61,992 bases of DNA, filler included, from Stramenopiles sp. TOSAG23-3 (GCA_900128585.1; 6 parts of 6 records of this genome joined end to end with filler, not necessarily neighbours in it), one strand, 5' to 3'. Shown: positions 22,070 through 33,699, counted from the whole stretch's first letter. Translations and numbers: made by a program. Notes: a model not told the origin generated them from the sequence alone.

Positions 22070-23977
22070 ATGGCATCGCTTGCCACGACGGCTGGGGAAG
22101 GGCTACCGCCGAACGCCGGGAAGAAGAAGAAAAAGAAGAAGAAGAAGAAGAAGAAGGGAAGCGGCCCCTCCGCGGCATTGTACAGAATTGTTGAGAAGAA
22201 GGGGCGAGGGCGGTGCGTCGTCGCGGCAAAGGACATCGAACCGGGCGTCGAGTTATTTACGGAGAGGGGGTTCGCCAGCGAAAGCTTCGGCCCAAGCGTC
22301 TGCAGCTACTGCTTCCGAGACCTTGGGTCCCGCACCGTAATCCTTGGCGCCGAGTGCAACCAGAACGTTTCCGGCGCAGGCCGTTACTGTTCGGAGACAT
22401 GCAGGTCGAACGACGCGTACGTGTACAGTTTAATGTGCCCCGTGCTCCCGTCCATCGAGACCGTCTCCCGAGACTGTGATGTTGACGGCGTCCTGCTGAG
22501 GTTGGTGTTGAAAATCGTCAGCACTCGCATTGCCCTGGAGAAGGATGCGAATTTGACGGCCGAAATAGGACAGGCATTAGAAGCAAGCTACAAAGCGTTT
22601 TCGTCTTCTAATGGGGCCCCATTGTTTGCGAGTTACCAACAGGCCTATGACATGATTGACCACGTCGAAAACGCGGGAGACTCGTGGAAAAGCGCCGTCA
22701 CGAAGGCCCTCGTGGCCCTGAAGGAGGAGAACAAGGAGTTGGAGCTGTTTGCCTCTGAGTCCGGCGATGGGAGTCCATTCTATAACGTGGAGGAGGCGCT
22801 CAAGTTGGCTTGCAAGATAAACTCGAACTCCCACCAAATTACTACCCGAGAGGTCACGCGCGGCAAAAAAGGAGACGCCCTTGACGCGGTGAGCATCGAC
22901 GAAACTAGTGATTACGTGTGTGGCCTAGGCCTGTTCCCTAATTTGGCGCTCTTGAACCATTCGTGCATTCCGAACGTGTTTTACTTCGGGGAACGGGGCT
23001 TCAACCGGGTGAAGACTGCGCGAAAGGTGAAGAGCGGGGAGGAGCTGTGCATTTCTTACATCGATGCATACCAGACGCGCGAGAAACGGCAAGAGGAACT
23101 TTTGAAAACTAAACATTTTCTGTGCTCGTGCGAACGGTGCACCCCTGCGGTATCCGGTGAAGGCTTGCGCGTGGACGACTACATCAACGGTGTTTGCTGC
23201 AACAAATGTGGGAAAGACGGCTTAATTTTGGAATCGGCGCGGGCGGACCAGGTGCGGAACGCACAGGACGCAGACTTAGAAAAGATGTTTGCGGACTTCG
23301 GGGAAAGCACGGCAACAAAGGGCAAGAAGAAGGGGAAGAGCAAGGCAGCGAGGAAAACGGCGGACGGCACTGCGGGAACGGCGTACGAATGTTTGTTGTG
23401 CAGGGCGTCGGTGCCATCGGGAAGTATCGAAATGCTGCGGGACCGCGTGTCCGACCGGATCTCGAGGGGAAAGGCAATGTACTCCATGCGAGATTTTGAC
23501 GGGGCCAGGAAGTATTACGAATCCATTGTCAACGATTTGACGATTTCTTCCACGACATCATCAAGCAGGAGCAAGGGGGCTCTGGGAACGGCACTTCCAT
23601 GTTCCCTGCACCCCCAAAATTTTCAGGTGTACGATATTTTGCCAAAGCTGTACAACTGCTGCCGGTATTCGAAAGAGTACATACTTTGCGCAAAGTACGC
23701 GCAAATGATAGTGGATTCGATGGATTTGGTATACCCCGAAGTCAACCTTGAGAAGACAACATTTTTGCTCGAGCGCGCGAGCGTCCTGGGCCGTCTGAAG
23801 ACCGCCAAGAAGAAGGTCCCTCCCAAAACCATGCGTTCCTTTCGGACCTCGGCTATTGAGGGTTGCAACAAGGCCATCGCCGTTCGAAAGTTAATTTTTG
23901 GCGACGGGAACGATGGGTCGTTCACCCACGACTCTCTGTGGTATGCGCAACAAAAGTTGGCGGAACTTGAAGGCTAG
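22070..23977 (+). CDS. SET and MYND domain (SMYD) methyltransferase
   Basis: GRGRCVVAAKDIEPG, MYND-like CSYC...YCSETC, LLNHSCIPN, GEELCISYID, FLCSCERC, TPR-like C-terminus; poly-Lys N-terminus. Confidence 0.92.
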   Translation: MASLATTAGEGLPPNAGKKKKKKKKKKKKGSGPSAALYRIVEKKGRGRCVVAAKDIEPGVELFTERGFASESFGPSVCSYCFRDLGSRTVILGAECNQNVSGAGRYCSETCRSNDAYVYSLMCPVLPSIETVSRDCDVDGVLLRLVLKIVSTRIALEKDANLTAEIGQALEASYKAFSSSNGAPLFASYQQAYDMIDHVENAGDSWKSAVTKALVALKEENKELELFASESGDGSPFYNVEEALKLACKINSNSHQITTREVTRGKKGDALDAVSIDETSDYVCGLGLFPNLALLNHSCIPNVFYFGERGFNRVKTARKVKSGEELCISYIDAYQTREKRQEELLKTKHFLCSCERCTPAVSGEGLRVDDYINGVCCNKCGKDGLILESARADQVRNAQDADLEKMFADFGESTATKGKKKGKSKAARKTADGTAGTAYECLLCRASVPSGSIEMLRDRVSDRISRGKAMYSMRDFDGARKYYESIVNDLTISSTTSSSRSKGALGTALPCSLHPQNFQVYDILPKLYNCCRYSKEYILCAKYAQMIVDSMDLVYPEVNLEKTTFLLERASVLGRLKTAKKKVPPKTMRSFRTSAIEGCNKAIAVRKLIFGDGNDGSFTHDSLWYAQQKLAELEG

Positions 23978-24255
23978 AAATACATAATATATATAATTCT
24001 TCAGGCCATATAATTCTTACGAAATACTTCGTACAGAGCTTTAAGAATTCTTGAAGGTGACATCAAGTTGTGTTTAAAAATACTTGTTAAGTAAGATATT
24101 TCTCTTCATTCTTACACATAAATTCTTTTTCTTGCTTCTCTCGTGTATCAATTTAAACAAGAAAACTGGCTGTTCGTGTATTTTAATTTTATTTTTTTCT
24201 TGTTTTTGTTTAGCACTAAGAAGAATCTTATTTAATACTTCGCGTGTCAAATTCC

Positions 24256-25668
24256 TTACAGCTGCTCCTGGTCGATCAGAAGCGCCTGTTTGTCTTCCAG
24301 CGAACCTGGCCGGGCGCCAAAAATATAATCTGGCTGAATGGTGTCCCAATCGGTTTCGTACAACATGTTCAAAAACCCATTTGCTAGCACGGCGCTGAGA
24401 AAGGAAACACCAGCGTAAAACCCCCACACCCAAAACCAGCCCAAATGTTTAACCATTGGGGTAAGGATAGAGACAAAAAAAACACTACCGAAAGCGTAGC
24501 CGACGAAGTCCATCAATGCACTGACAGTAGCCGTGTCCTCCTTTCCGATCTTTACGACAAATATTCCTATTGGAATGTAATATGGCAGCCCGACCCCAGT
24601 CGCAAAGACCACCACCAATGCTGCCCGGAATATCAACATTGGCAGACTGCTTGTTACATGAACACCGAATAAAGCTAATACCACCCCAGCACCGGTGCTC
24701 ACCAGCAAGAGCCCTAGAACTAGACCCCGTTTCTTGCGGTCTGAGACAGAGTTGTAGAGGTAACCCCCGCCAAAGAGTCCCAATATGAGTCCGCATTGGA
24801 AAACTATTCCAAGCCACGATGCGACGCCGGCGTTTACTAGCGATGGGTCGGAAGTCTTCGAAAAGTACACCGGGATCAACTGCCCGCTCTTTTTCAGGAC
24901 CGTCAAAAGCATGTAAGTGCCCACTGCTTTCCAGTACCGCCGTCTTCGAAGAACGTTCAGCGTCCGTCGGAATATGTCGCGAAGGGATACTTCGCGCCGG
25001 ACATCGGCCTGGGAGTGCGAGTCCTTGTGAAGAAACGACAGAAGCGCACCGCACAGGCAGATTGCCGCCGCCAAACGCACCACCCAACGCCATGATATGC
25101 CTGCAAACAAGATCGAACCGTAAATGAATTTCCCGACCATGTCGCTGCTTCGAGACGATAAGGATATCGTCTGGATGCCTTTCCCGACCATGTTCGCGCC
25201 GAAGTGCCCACGAACGAGTTCGTTGTGACTTGGCCACGCGGGGCCAGCAGTGAACTCGATCAAGAGCTGGACCAGCGCGATCGTACCCACGCTGTTGCAC
25301 ACGGACAGCACGGCGCAGAGAAACCCTAGGGTAAGTATCAAGACCAAATATGTCCGCCGTGCACCAAACCGCGCAACGAGGTACCCCGGCAAAATCTTTC
25401 CCAAGCCTGTGCCAGCGGTGGCCACCCCAAGTACAAAGAATGACGAGCTTTGGTCAAAGTCAGGGACGTCTTTCTCCATTGCAGGATAACTTGTGAGGGG
25501 CGAAGAGATGGCAAATATTACGCACGAATACGTGAAGAAAATAAGCGCTTTTCTGGCAAACGAAGGCTCGAACGATTCCGATAGCAGCTCGGTTTCCTCG
25601 CTGCCCCCAATTTCAAAGGCATCGACGTCTCGCGCCTCATCTTTAGCGTCTTGGCTCTGCCTTTCCAT
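24256..25668 (-). CDS. MFS transporter (resembles OPA/sugar-phosphate family)
   Basis: About 12 hydrophobic segments, motif-A-like GYLVARFGARR, GPAWPS, ATVSALMDFVGY; N-terminal acidic dileucine EETELL. Confidence 0.85.
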   Translation of the reverse strand: MERQSQDAKDEARDVDAFEIGGSEETELLSESFEPSFARKALIFFTYSCVIFAISSPLTSYPAMEKDVPDFDQSSSFFVLGVATAGTGLGKILPGYLVARFGARRTYLVLILTLGFLCAVLSVCNSVGTIALVQLLIEFTAGPAWPSHNELVRGHFGANMVGKGIQTISLSSRSSDMVGKFIYGSILFAGISWRWVVRLAAAICLCGALLSFLHKDSHSQADVRREVSLRDIFRRTLNVLRRRRYWKAVGTYMLLTVLKKSGQLIPVYFSKTSDPSLVNAGVASWLGIVFQCGLILGLFGGGYLYNSVSDRKKRGLVLGLLLVSTGAGVVLALFGVHVTSSLPMLIFRAALVVVFATGVGLPYYIPIGIFVVKIGKEDTATVSALMDFVGYAFGSVFFVSILTPMVKHLGWFWVWGFYAGVSFLSAVLANGFLNMLYETDWDTIQPDYIFGARPGSLEDKQALLIDQEQL

Positions 25669-26640
25669 TGGTGAAGTCGCTTTCAAGACTTATCTACTAT
25701 ATATACACAGAAAAGAAATGTTGGTAACTGGTAAACGAAACGCTAATTTTCCGAGTACGACGTACTATGTCTGCGGAAGACAGACTTTGGTTCAAACACA
25801 ATTGTTTATAAAATAAACTAGTTATTTAAGAGCTTGTATATATATAGTAATAATACTTCGTATAATAAATACAGCCCCTTGTCATTCCTGTCTTTCTTTA
25901 CATCCGGTGAATTGGAGCGACCGGGGCCGGGGCCGGGGCCGGGTGAAGAACCACTCAAAGAAGAGAAGAACTAATAAATATATTACTTACGGGATAATAT
26001 AATACTACACACCACAGAAGAAGATGATGGAAAATATTTTACATAAATATTTATAATAATATATAAATAGCATAGAAACAACATTAAAAAAAAAAGGCCT
26101 GTCATCTTTTTTCTTTTTTTTTTATTAATTAAAATAATTGACAATGAATGCTGTGCTGTGTATAATCGAGTTGAGTTGTGTATTTAAAGCAAATAGTCCA
26201 TACTAGTAAATAGTGTTATTTCATTATATTTATTATTAGTCCTATACTATTACGTAGTAAACCCACAAGTACGAGGACGTATCAGACTAAAATACGATGA
26301 TAATTATTTTCCTTAAATCCCTTTTTTAGTTTAAATTTTTTATCTCTGTCGTCCATCCACCAACGAGAGAAGAGATCGATAATAAATTAATAAAATAATA
26401 TAATTATTTCTTCTCTTCTTATTATTATTTCTTCTTCTAAAAAATATAAGAAGAAGAAGAAGACGACTATTAAGGGGGATGCAGCGTCATTTCCGATAAA
26501 ATGCGAAAAAACGTATATTTTTCTATTCTAATTATTGTTCCTCACGTAAATATTTGTTGTAGTGACAAAAAATGATGTTGGATTTTGTGACGAATGNNNN
26601 NNNNNNNNNNNNNNNNNNNNNNNNNNNNNNNNNNNNNNNN

Positions 26641-26652
26641 TTAATTAATTAA
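26641..26652. other. Artificial contig linker TTAATTAATTAA in N runs (also 53325, 55506, 57684, 59861)
   Basis: Identical 12-mer with stops in all six frames, flanked by Ns at five places. Confidence 0.95.
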
Positions 26653-27028
26653 NNNNNNNNNNNNNNNNNNNNNNNNNNNNNNNNNNNNNNNNNNNNTACT
26701 CGTATCAATCAAATCAATTTCTTCTTTCTTAAAATAACCAAATCACAGCATTGGGTAAAAAAATAATTTTATTATCATCTCGTCGTACTCTTTCTTCATC
26801 ATCATCTTCATCACTTCTTCTTCCTACTAAGGAGTAAAATGAAGAAAGTGTCGTAGACGCGTTCAGTTTCTATTGGATTGAAGTGTTCACGAGTTAGTTT
26901 TAATTCAATGCTCCACGAAAATAGTAATGAATAAATAAACCCCCTTCTGAAACAAGACAAAAACTCAAAATCGATTCCATCCTTTCACATTAGATTAACA
27001 TAAAGTTTTTTTGAACGTACACTGTAGA

Positions 27029-29728
27029 ATGAGAATGGAAAGCCAAAGGTCAATGTCTAAAGCCGCATCAACGAATAAAGATGTCAGCGACAAAGGGAAA
27101 CGTTTTCGTGTTTCAGAGCTTGGCAGGTCGGTTGACGGTCAAGAGGATCGTGCTAATCACACAATTATGTCAGGCCGTTTGTTTGGAAGCCTGCCTGTGA
27201 CCTCTGCATCGTTCAGCCCCACAAGTGGTCTGTCGGATGCTTCTGGTAGAAACGTGGAACAGGAAGATCTACTTACTATCAACTTTTATCATCGGGACAG
27301 AAGAATTCTGTGCCCGCTTGAAGTAGCAGCAAGTGAGTACATGGATAACGTGAAATTTCGCCTTCTGCAACGGTACTACAAGGACATACTTCCAGAGGAA
27401 GCAAAAAGTAAGACGGTCAAACCATCGCACTTAAAGTTTTATACAAGTGAATCAAAAGCATTGAGTGACAGCCTACCTGTTCGTGCGTCTGCACTGTGCA
27501 ACAACGACGTTGTCGAGGTAGTTGTGCGTGGTGCCATGGCTTCCAGTAACGGCAGGGATTTGCAGAAACCTTACGAAACCAACGCTTTTCATCCCGGGGT
27601 TAGTAAAATTCTTGATTTTTCACCAAAAGATGCCGGCGAAGAGCGCACGAACAAATGGCTGCTGAAGGCAGCTTTGGATGGAAACGAGAGCGAGGTGGTG
27701 AAGCTGGTGCACTGTGATTCTTGCGACTTTGAAAAACTCGATTCAGACGAACTTGGGAGAACTTGCCTCCACCATTGTGTTTTGCACGGCCTAACCACTG
27801 CTGTCTACCATCTGGTCACAAAATTTCCGCAGTACCTAAGCACAGTCGACAAACACGGTAATACGAGCCTGCACCTTGCGTGTTCTCACGTAGACCCTGT
27901 AAAATCCGCAATGTACGTGAGGTATTTTCTTGAAACTCTTGGGAGTCAGGACGAAAGCTCGGCGTCTACGCAAACCGTGAAGCTGCTGACGTCGAAAACA
28001 AAAAATGGGCAGACACCTTTGATGATTTGCCTGGCTTCCTCTAACGTAGCAAGCGCAGGGATACTTATTGGTTTGAAGCGGGATCATAGCGGGAAATGGG
28101 CAGGATATTCGTGCGTCCGAAATGAACTTTTCAAAAATGACACACTTCTGAGACATGTCGCGGCAAATTCTCCGTTTATTCTGCACTCTCTGGTAGAATC
28201 TTGCAGGGAGGAAACTGGCATCTTTAAACACGGGCACAGATTAGTGGTCTATCGATTGAGGCATCTGTTTGGAAATTCTGAAACGCGCGTTCGGGATACT
28301 CCCATTAGCATTTTTCTTTCAAGCAGAACACCACAGTGTCAAAGTTTGTGGCGACTCAAAGCCCTGCAAATGGTCGTTGAGACTAAATGGCAGATGTTTG
28401 GCCACAAGTCTTTCTACAAAGATATTTTCAGACATTCGATGTTGCTGTTGACGACCGTAGCCGGCTACGCATCTCGCGAGAGTGGGTCCGAGTCTTCGTA
28501 CATTGCCTTGTGCCGGGGGGTGTCGGCAGTTCTCTCAGTTTACATTCTGGTGACAATCGAATCGAAAGAGTTTCGGGAAGCAGGGTGGGGGCTCACGGGA
28601 CTGCCATGGCCATCTATTTCGAGGGGTAAACTGGCTGTTATTCCTTCCCGCACCCTGAAAGTGCCGGGCACAGGCCCAGAAGAGAAAAATACTTCTCAGT
28701 CGATTCTTCGCGAATCCCATGGTAGCTCAGCAGACCAAGGAAACGCTCACACACTAAAGCTTACATCATTCCCACAGCTATCTGAGAGCACTATGAGACC
28801 ACGCAATTCTTCTTGGTGCGCATATTTTCCAAGGTATTTCTTGTCGTACGCAAACGTAATAGATTTTTGCGGTCTTTCATGCGTACTCGCGGCAGGAATT
28901 CTTAGTCTGTTTGGAAGTGCTTGGTCTGAACCAAGGCAAATGGTTTCATCGGCAGGCTCGCTCCTGCTGTGGGTTGCGTCGCTTCAGCTATTGTCCGTGA
29001 CTCGTGCTATGGGAGTCCAATCTGCGATGGTTGAACGCATGGTCGTCGATGTCTTTCGAATGGCAGGAATATATTTTGTGTTCCTGATGGCCTTTAATTG
29101 CGCATTTTATGGTGTGCTAAATGATTCCAACCCGATGTTTGATGGATTTTTTCGTGGATTGTTCTCTTTGTTTCTGGGAATTCTAGGAGACTATAGTTTC
29201 TTGTACGGTTTGTACACTCCAGCCGACTCCTTCTACTTTAACACGACGGTGCTCAATACGTCTAGGCTAGTGCGTATATACGGCGAAGATTCTGCAGTAT
29301 CCCAGAATGTCCGCGTTCTGTCTGAGATCATTTTTATTGGCTTTGGAATCATAATGAACCTTGTGCTGGTCAATATGCTCATTGCTTTTATGACGAATTC
29401 GTATGAGGAGACTAAGCGCCATAGCGAGTGTGAATTTTTTAGAAAGAGGGCCCAAAGGCTTCTTGTTTTAGAATCGACGCTCGGGCATCATGTGCGAAGA
29501 AGTCTATTTACAGACGTTCTTGATGAAACCCGTGTGTGGGAAAACTGTGACGGCGAAAATCCATTTGGCGAAATTCCGCATATATCGCAAGACATGAGCG
29601 TGAACGACTTGTTCTCTGTGCATCACTCTCCGACTATGTTACGATTTACGGACCCACCGTCGCATACTTCTACCCCGTCGGGCGGTTTTGGGTCCAGGGC
29701 AAACAAGCAATTTCGTTACTTTTCGTAG
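27029..29728 (+). CDS. Ankyrin-repeat TRP-like cation channel with N-terminal ubiquitin-like domain
   Basis: ANK repeats (GRTCLHHC, GNTSLHLAC, GQTPLMIC), pre-S1 VVETKWQMFG, TM segments, S6/TRP-like LVLVNMLIAFMTNSYEE...FFRKRA. Confidence 0.85.
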   Translation: MRMESQRSMSKAASTNKDVSDKGKRFRVSELGRSVDGQEDRANHTIMSGRLFGSLPVTSASFSPTSGLSDASGRNVEQEDLLTINFYHRDRRILCPLEVAASEYMDNVKFRLLQRYYKDILPEEAKSKTVKPSHLKFYTSESKALSDSLPVRASALCNNDVVEVVVRGAMASSNGRDLQKPYETNAFHPGVSKILDFSPKDAGEERTNKWLLKAALDGNESEVVKLVHCDSCDFEKLDSDELGRTCLHHCVLHGLTTAVYHLVTKFPQYLSTVDKHGNTSLHLACSHVDPVKSAMYVRYFLETLGSQDESSASTQTVKLLTSKTKNGQTPLMICLASSNVASAGILIGLKRDHSGKWAGYSCVRNELFKNDTLLRHVAANSPFILHSLVESCREETGIFKHGHRLVVYRLRHLFGNSETRVRDTPISIFLSSRTPQCQSLWRLKALQMVVETKWQMFGHKSFYKDIFRHSMLLLTTVAGYASRESGSESSYIALCRGVSAVLSVYILVTIESKEFREAGWGLTGLPWPSISRGKLAVIPSRTLKVPGTGPEEKNTSQSILRESHGSSADQGNAHTLKLTSFPQLSESTMRPRNSSWCAYFPRYFLSYANVIDFCGLSCVLAAGILSLFGSAWSEPRQMVSSAGSLLLWVASLQLLSVTRAMGVQSAMVERMVVDVFRMAGIYFVFLMAFNCAFYGVLNDSNPMFDGFFRGLFSLFLGILGDYSFLYGLYTPADSFYFNTTVLNTSRLVRIYGEDSAVSQNVRVLSEIIFIGFGIIMNLVLVNMLIAFMTNSYEETKRHSECEFFRKRAQRLLVLESTLGHHVRRSLFTDVLDETRVWENCDGENPFGEIPHISQDMSVNDLFSVHHSPTMLRFTDPPSHTSTPSGGFGSRANKQFRYFS

Positions 29729-29992
29729 AAGGCGCAGAAACTTCAAATACGCTAGCAATGACAGGGTTTTGCGCGTTCAAGACTGCAACGCGTGGCACTT
29801 ATTCACTCAACACTTTCAGTTTTAATATAAACATATTGTGTGGTGTGTGTATTATCGTGTCACCCCCGTGCGTTTTGATTTGTAAAATTTTAGGAAAAAC
29901 CAAAAAATTGATATTATATCAATTTTAATAAAATGTTGTTTTTTAATCTAAGAGAGAAACTTTCAAGTACGTTAAAAACACCGGTTCTCTCT

Positions 29993-32587
29993 CTACATAT
30001 CCTCTGCAGCATCCCCAATCATCAGATTTGCAAATGGAATAATGTGCTCTTCCATTAACTTTACCAACCGATCACAAAGCGATTTCTCTTTTTTGCGAAA
30101 CAACTCGTCGCTCATCCTTACAACAAATTCGATGTACTGAAGGAACGAAATCCCGTCTTCCCTGGCACTGATAGAGTTGGTATTCGATCTCCTGAAAAGT
30201 TGGGAGAGTTTTGGAGCATCAATGTTCACAATACCTGCGTCAAATGTTAAACGCTTTGCATCGTCCAGCGTCAGTCGATATTCGGTGCCCGTTTCTTTCG
30301 CTGCGTAAGTCAGAAATATCCACCGTAACATTGGCTCATTCTGCGTGATGACATACTGAATCGATTCCATTCTAAACTTTTTCCTAGACTCCTCAATATC
30401 TAGGTCTTCATCGGCCGCTAGATTTGCAACCGGTTGGCGAAAGTGGGCGCTGGTTCTTCTTATCATTACGGTTCTGATTTCAGCCAAACCCGTTTTCGTG
30501 TCTTGCAACTCATTTTGTATGCCGAGGATATTTTCCTCTAGCTGTACAACAAGAGATTGTGTGCTGCTCAGCTCCTCCTTCAAAGCCTCATTTTCCTCGT
30601 TTAACTTCCTGGTTGCTTCTTGGTTACAGCGTAGAGACTCCAAAGACTTTCCCCGTTCTTCGTTGAGTTTTTGTTTCAGCTGTATAATTTTTTTTTCCAA
30701 TATTTGGTTTTGTTTCAAAAGAGCCTGTTCGCCCTGATGCAACCCTGAACCAGGATTTACCCGAGCAGACAGCGGCGTTGCTCCTTTATTACCCATCTTT
30801 TCAGCGGGCGGTCCTGGTATTCTTTCGTTGGCCGTCGCACCCGCTTTTTCGTCTATGCCTCCCGAGTTTGATGATAGTAACGAATATTTCAATGCACTAC
30901 TCAAATCATCGACCATCTTTTGAGCCCCCTCTAAAAGTGCTGTTTTCTCTTCAAGCTCTTTCCGGAGAGACACGTTCGGTAAGTTCTTTTTCTGCTTCAA
31001 TTGTTTTCCTCTTTTGTCAGACGCTGAATTTGCTTTCTGTTTGTGCACTGTGCTAGCTGCCCGTGGATTGTCCGCAAAACGTGCCCTTCTCTCACTCTGG
31101 TATTCTTTTAAAATTATTTCCCCCGCGGCCTCTTTGGCCGCTCGAATATCAGATGCTTTCAATCCTTTATTCTGTGCATCTACCATTGCACTGAACCTCG
31201 TAAGTTTCTTCCCTTCTTTCTCACGCCGCCCCCCCCTTGTTTGGGAGCCCAAGCCCCGTGATTCTCGTTTGTAGCGTCGCATAGCCCGTCGCTTCATCCG
31301 TTCACGTCGTTTGGGGTCGCTATTTTTTATTCGTTGCGTGAGCTCATCGTATTCGATCTCACCGCTACCGTCCGCATCTACTATGTTAATCACGTTCTGA
31401 AATTCTTCGTCGGTAAAAACAAAACCCATGTCCTTCAGTAGCCCCGTCCGCAGCTCTTGGGGACTAATAGTTCCATTCTCATCCAAGTCGATGCGTTTGA
31501 ACACATCGATGGGGCGTTGCAGCTTTTTTCTCATGTCCTTGTAAAGTTTGTAAAACACCGCGTTCAATGCTTCTTCCCTCCTCAGAACTTCTGGATCGGT
31601 CAGCATGGATATTTTATCGTTCGTCTCTTTGCTCTCTGGTTCCTCCGGCTCGGTGTTTTCGCTCAGAACCCCTTGGCGTTGGCGGGGTTCGTGCCCCACT
31701 TTTGGGGCACCTCGATGATACGTTGTTTTCGGAGTCTGCGCCTCCGTGTACAATTGTCTATTAATCTTTTTTGCCACAAAGGATTCTATCCTGTTTTCGT
31801 ACTCGTCGCTGTCAATATCAACCATCCACGTTGGCTGCCTGCTTTTCATGTGGTACCCCAGGACGTTAATTAGCTGGACAGTTGTGTCTTGCCCGGGAAG
31901 AAATTCACAAATCAGACATCGGATATCTACATTCCCAAGGATGGTCATATTTTTGCATTTTTCGACCTGGGTTACTAGGTGAAGGGTCAATCGCTTCATT
32001 CGGAGAAAGAAAGGATCCCGGATCGATAGATTTGCCCCCCCTATTTCGACTTCAAAAGAATGCTTCTTAAGAGGATCTACATTATCAAACTTTAATTTTT
32101 GCATCTGCTGCTTTTTTCGCTCTGCTGCGGGGACCGAGACAATATTATTCACAATCGAAAACGGGAGTTTACCTGGCTGCAAGTAAGAGGTGAAGTAGCA
32201 CATTTGTCGAGTGGCAGGTATGTTGTACATCTGCAGAACCCACGGTATTTCGCTGGGGTGCCTAGTTTCTGCATGAAGCCATCCTTTCGCACGCAAAATG
32301 AACTCACGCTTCGATATAAACTCGGTGTAACTTTCGAAATGAAGGGCAAACGTCGACGATAGGTTTGACTTTAGCTTTAAGTCTTCGCATACCCGCGGTA
32401 TGCTGAGGTGGTCTTTGTAATGTTTTCTAAGCCTATAATTGGATGATGCATACCAAGCCTGCGGAAACTTGTGGTCATTAAAAAATATTGTGTCTGGAAC
32501 GTGTATTCGCAAATTCGTAGGAAAGTTCGGGCCGCTTTCCAGGGCTGCGTACAGATTCCCCCAGTGCAAAAAGTATGGCGGTGGCAT
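29993..32587 (-). CDS. EF-hand and coiled-coil protein (5' end uncertain; ORF open to 32719)
   Basis: EF-hand pair DLDENGTISPQEL / DADGSGEIEYDEL, long coiled coil, C-terminal EF/p25-like helical module (WIFLTYA...GISFLQYIEFVVRM). Confidence 0.8.
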   Translation of the reverse strand: MPPPYFLHWGNLYAALESGPNFPTNLRIHVPDTIFFNDHKFPQAWYASSNYRLRKHYKDHLSIPRVCEDLKLKSNLSSTFALHFESYTEFISKREFILRAKGWLHAETRHPSEIPWVLQMYNIPATRQMCYFTSYLQPGKLPFSIVNNIVSVPAAERKKQQMQKLKFDNVDPLKKHSFEVEIGGANLSIRDPFFLRMKRLTLHLVTQVEKCKNMTILGNVDIRCLICEFLPGQDTTVQLINVLGYHMKSRQPTWMVDIDSDEYENRIESFVAKKINRQLYTEAQTPKTTYHRGAPKVGHEPRQRQGVLSENTEPEEPESKETNDKISMLTDPEVLRREEALNAVFYKLYKDMRKKLQRPIDVFKRIDLDENGTISPQELRTGLLKDMGFVFTDEEFQNVINIVDADGSGEIEYDELTQRIKNSDPKRRERMKRRAMRRYKRESRGLGSQTRGGRREKEGKKLTRFSAMVDAQNKGLKASDIRAAKEAAGEIILKEYQSERRARFADNPRAASTVHKQKANSASDKRGKQLKQKKNLPNVSLRKELEEKTALLEGAQKMVDDLSSALKYSLLSSNSGGIDEKAGATANERIPGPPAEKMGNKGATPLSARVNPGSGLHQGEQALLKQNQILEKKIIQLKQKLNEERGKSLESLRCNQEATRKLNEENEALKEELSSTQSLVVQLEENILGIQNELQDTKTGLAEIRTVMIRRTSAHFRQPVANLAADEDLDIEESRKKFRMESIQYVITQNEPMLRWIFLTYAAKETGTEYRLTLDDAKRLTFDAGIVNIDAPKLSQLFRRSNTNSISAREDGISFLQYIEFVVRMSDELFRKKEKSLCDRLVKLMEEHIIPFANLMIGDAAEDM

Positions 32588-33699
32588 TCTGAATCGCAAA
32601 GTCTGCAACCGTCGTTGGGTCCAACAGTGCGGAACCGTACTTTCTAAAAGAATGGTCGAACGGTCGTCAATTTCAAACGCTACAGAATTGCTCTGTTTGA
32701 CTGCTTCAAGATTTAACAATCGTCCCTTAGTTCATTCACACCATGTGATTTGCCGCAGTTGGTTAAATACCTGAACGGTGAGGATCATTATAGTGGTAAT
32801 AATAATTATTATCGCAAGAAGAAAACGAACTAACGAAGAAAGAACGAATTAATAATAATAAAAAAATAAAAACAGTTGTTGCGGTGGTGGTTGTTATCTT
32901 TGTTATCCATTGGATGATGCTGTGGTGATGGAGGATGCGTGCTGACGAATTGCATTAGATTTCTTTCATGCATAACGGCCGTGGTGTACATACTCATTCG
33001 GACACTTTTTCCATAGACTGACTGACTACTATTGAACTAGGAAGGAAGGAAGGAGCTGGCGGCTGGCGGTTATCATTTTTTAATAATAATAAGAATACAG
33101 CATTCAATAGTACGACCTCGTTGTCGTCAGTCGGTTTCTATTATTTAGTACTACGAGGATCTATTATAATAGCACCAGTATTATTTATATATAGTGGTAT
33201 AATTTAAATTATAATTTAAACTATTTTACTCCTTCATTCTTTTGACCTTGTTGAAAATATTAAAGATTGTCATTTTTTTATATTTAATAGTCTATAATAG
33301 ATTAAGACGGGACAGGACGACAGACAGTTGTTGTTTTAAATAAATAAAAATTATTATTTCCTTCTTCTTTCTTCTCCCATTCTTCCCTTCTTCTTTCTTC
33401 TTCTTCTTCTTCCATTTTTTTTTTTTTTCGTATAATTAATTATTAAATAATTTAAAATACATCGGTTATTTTTATGAATGATCAGAATTTATAATGCTTG
33501 AGGAACTCACCGTGCTAGTTAATTTTTTAATTTTTTACAGTTGAGAAACAAGTCTTTCAGTAATAGTAATTTATTCCCATCAATTTCATAGAAACGCATT
33601 TAAACGCGGACGTGTTTGCTTCGTTTCCTTGTTCAGGTAAACTGCGTCGCCTGTGACGTGCCATGGTTCAAGGTTAAACACTTTTATTTAAATTCAGCA

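Noticed and set aside
11488-25668. Sugar-salvage gene cluster (glucuronokinase, GH2, MFS)
   Set aside because: Interspersed with unrelated genes and the substrates do not match; no evidence of co-regulation
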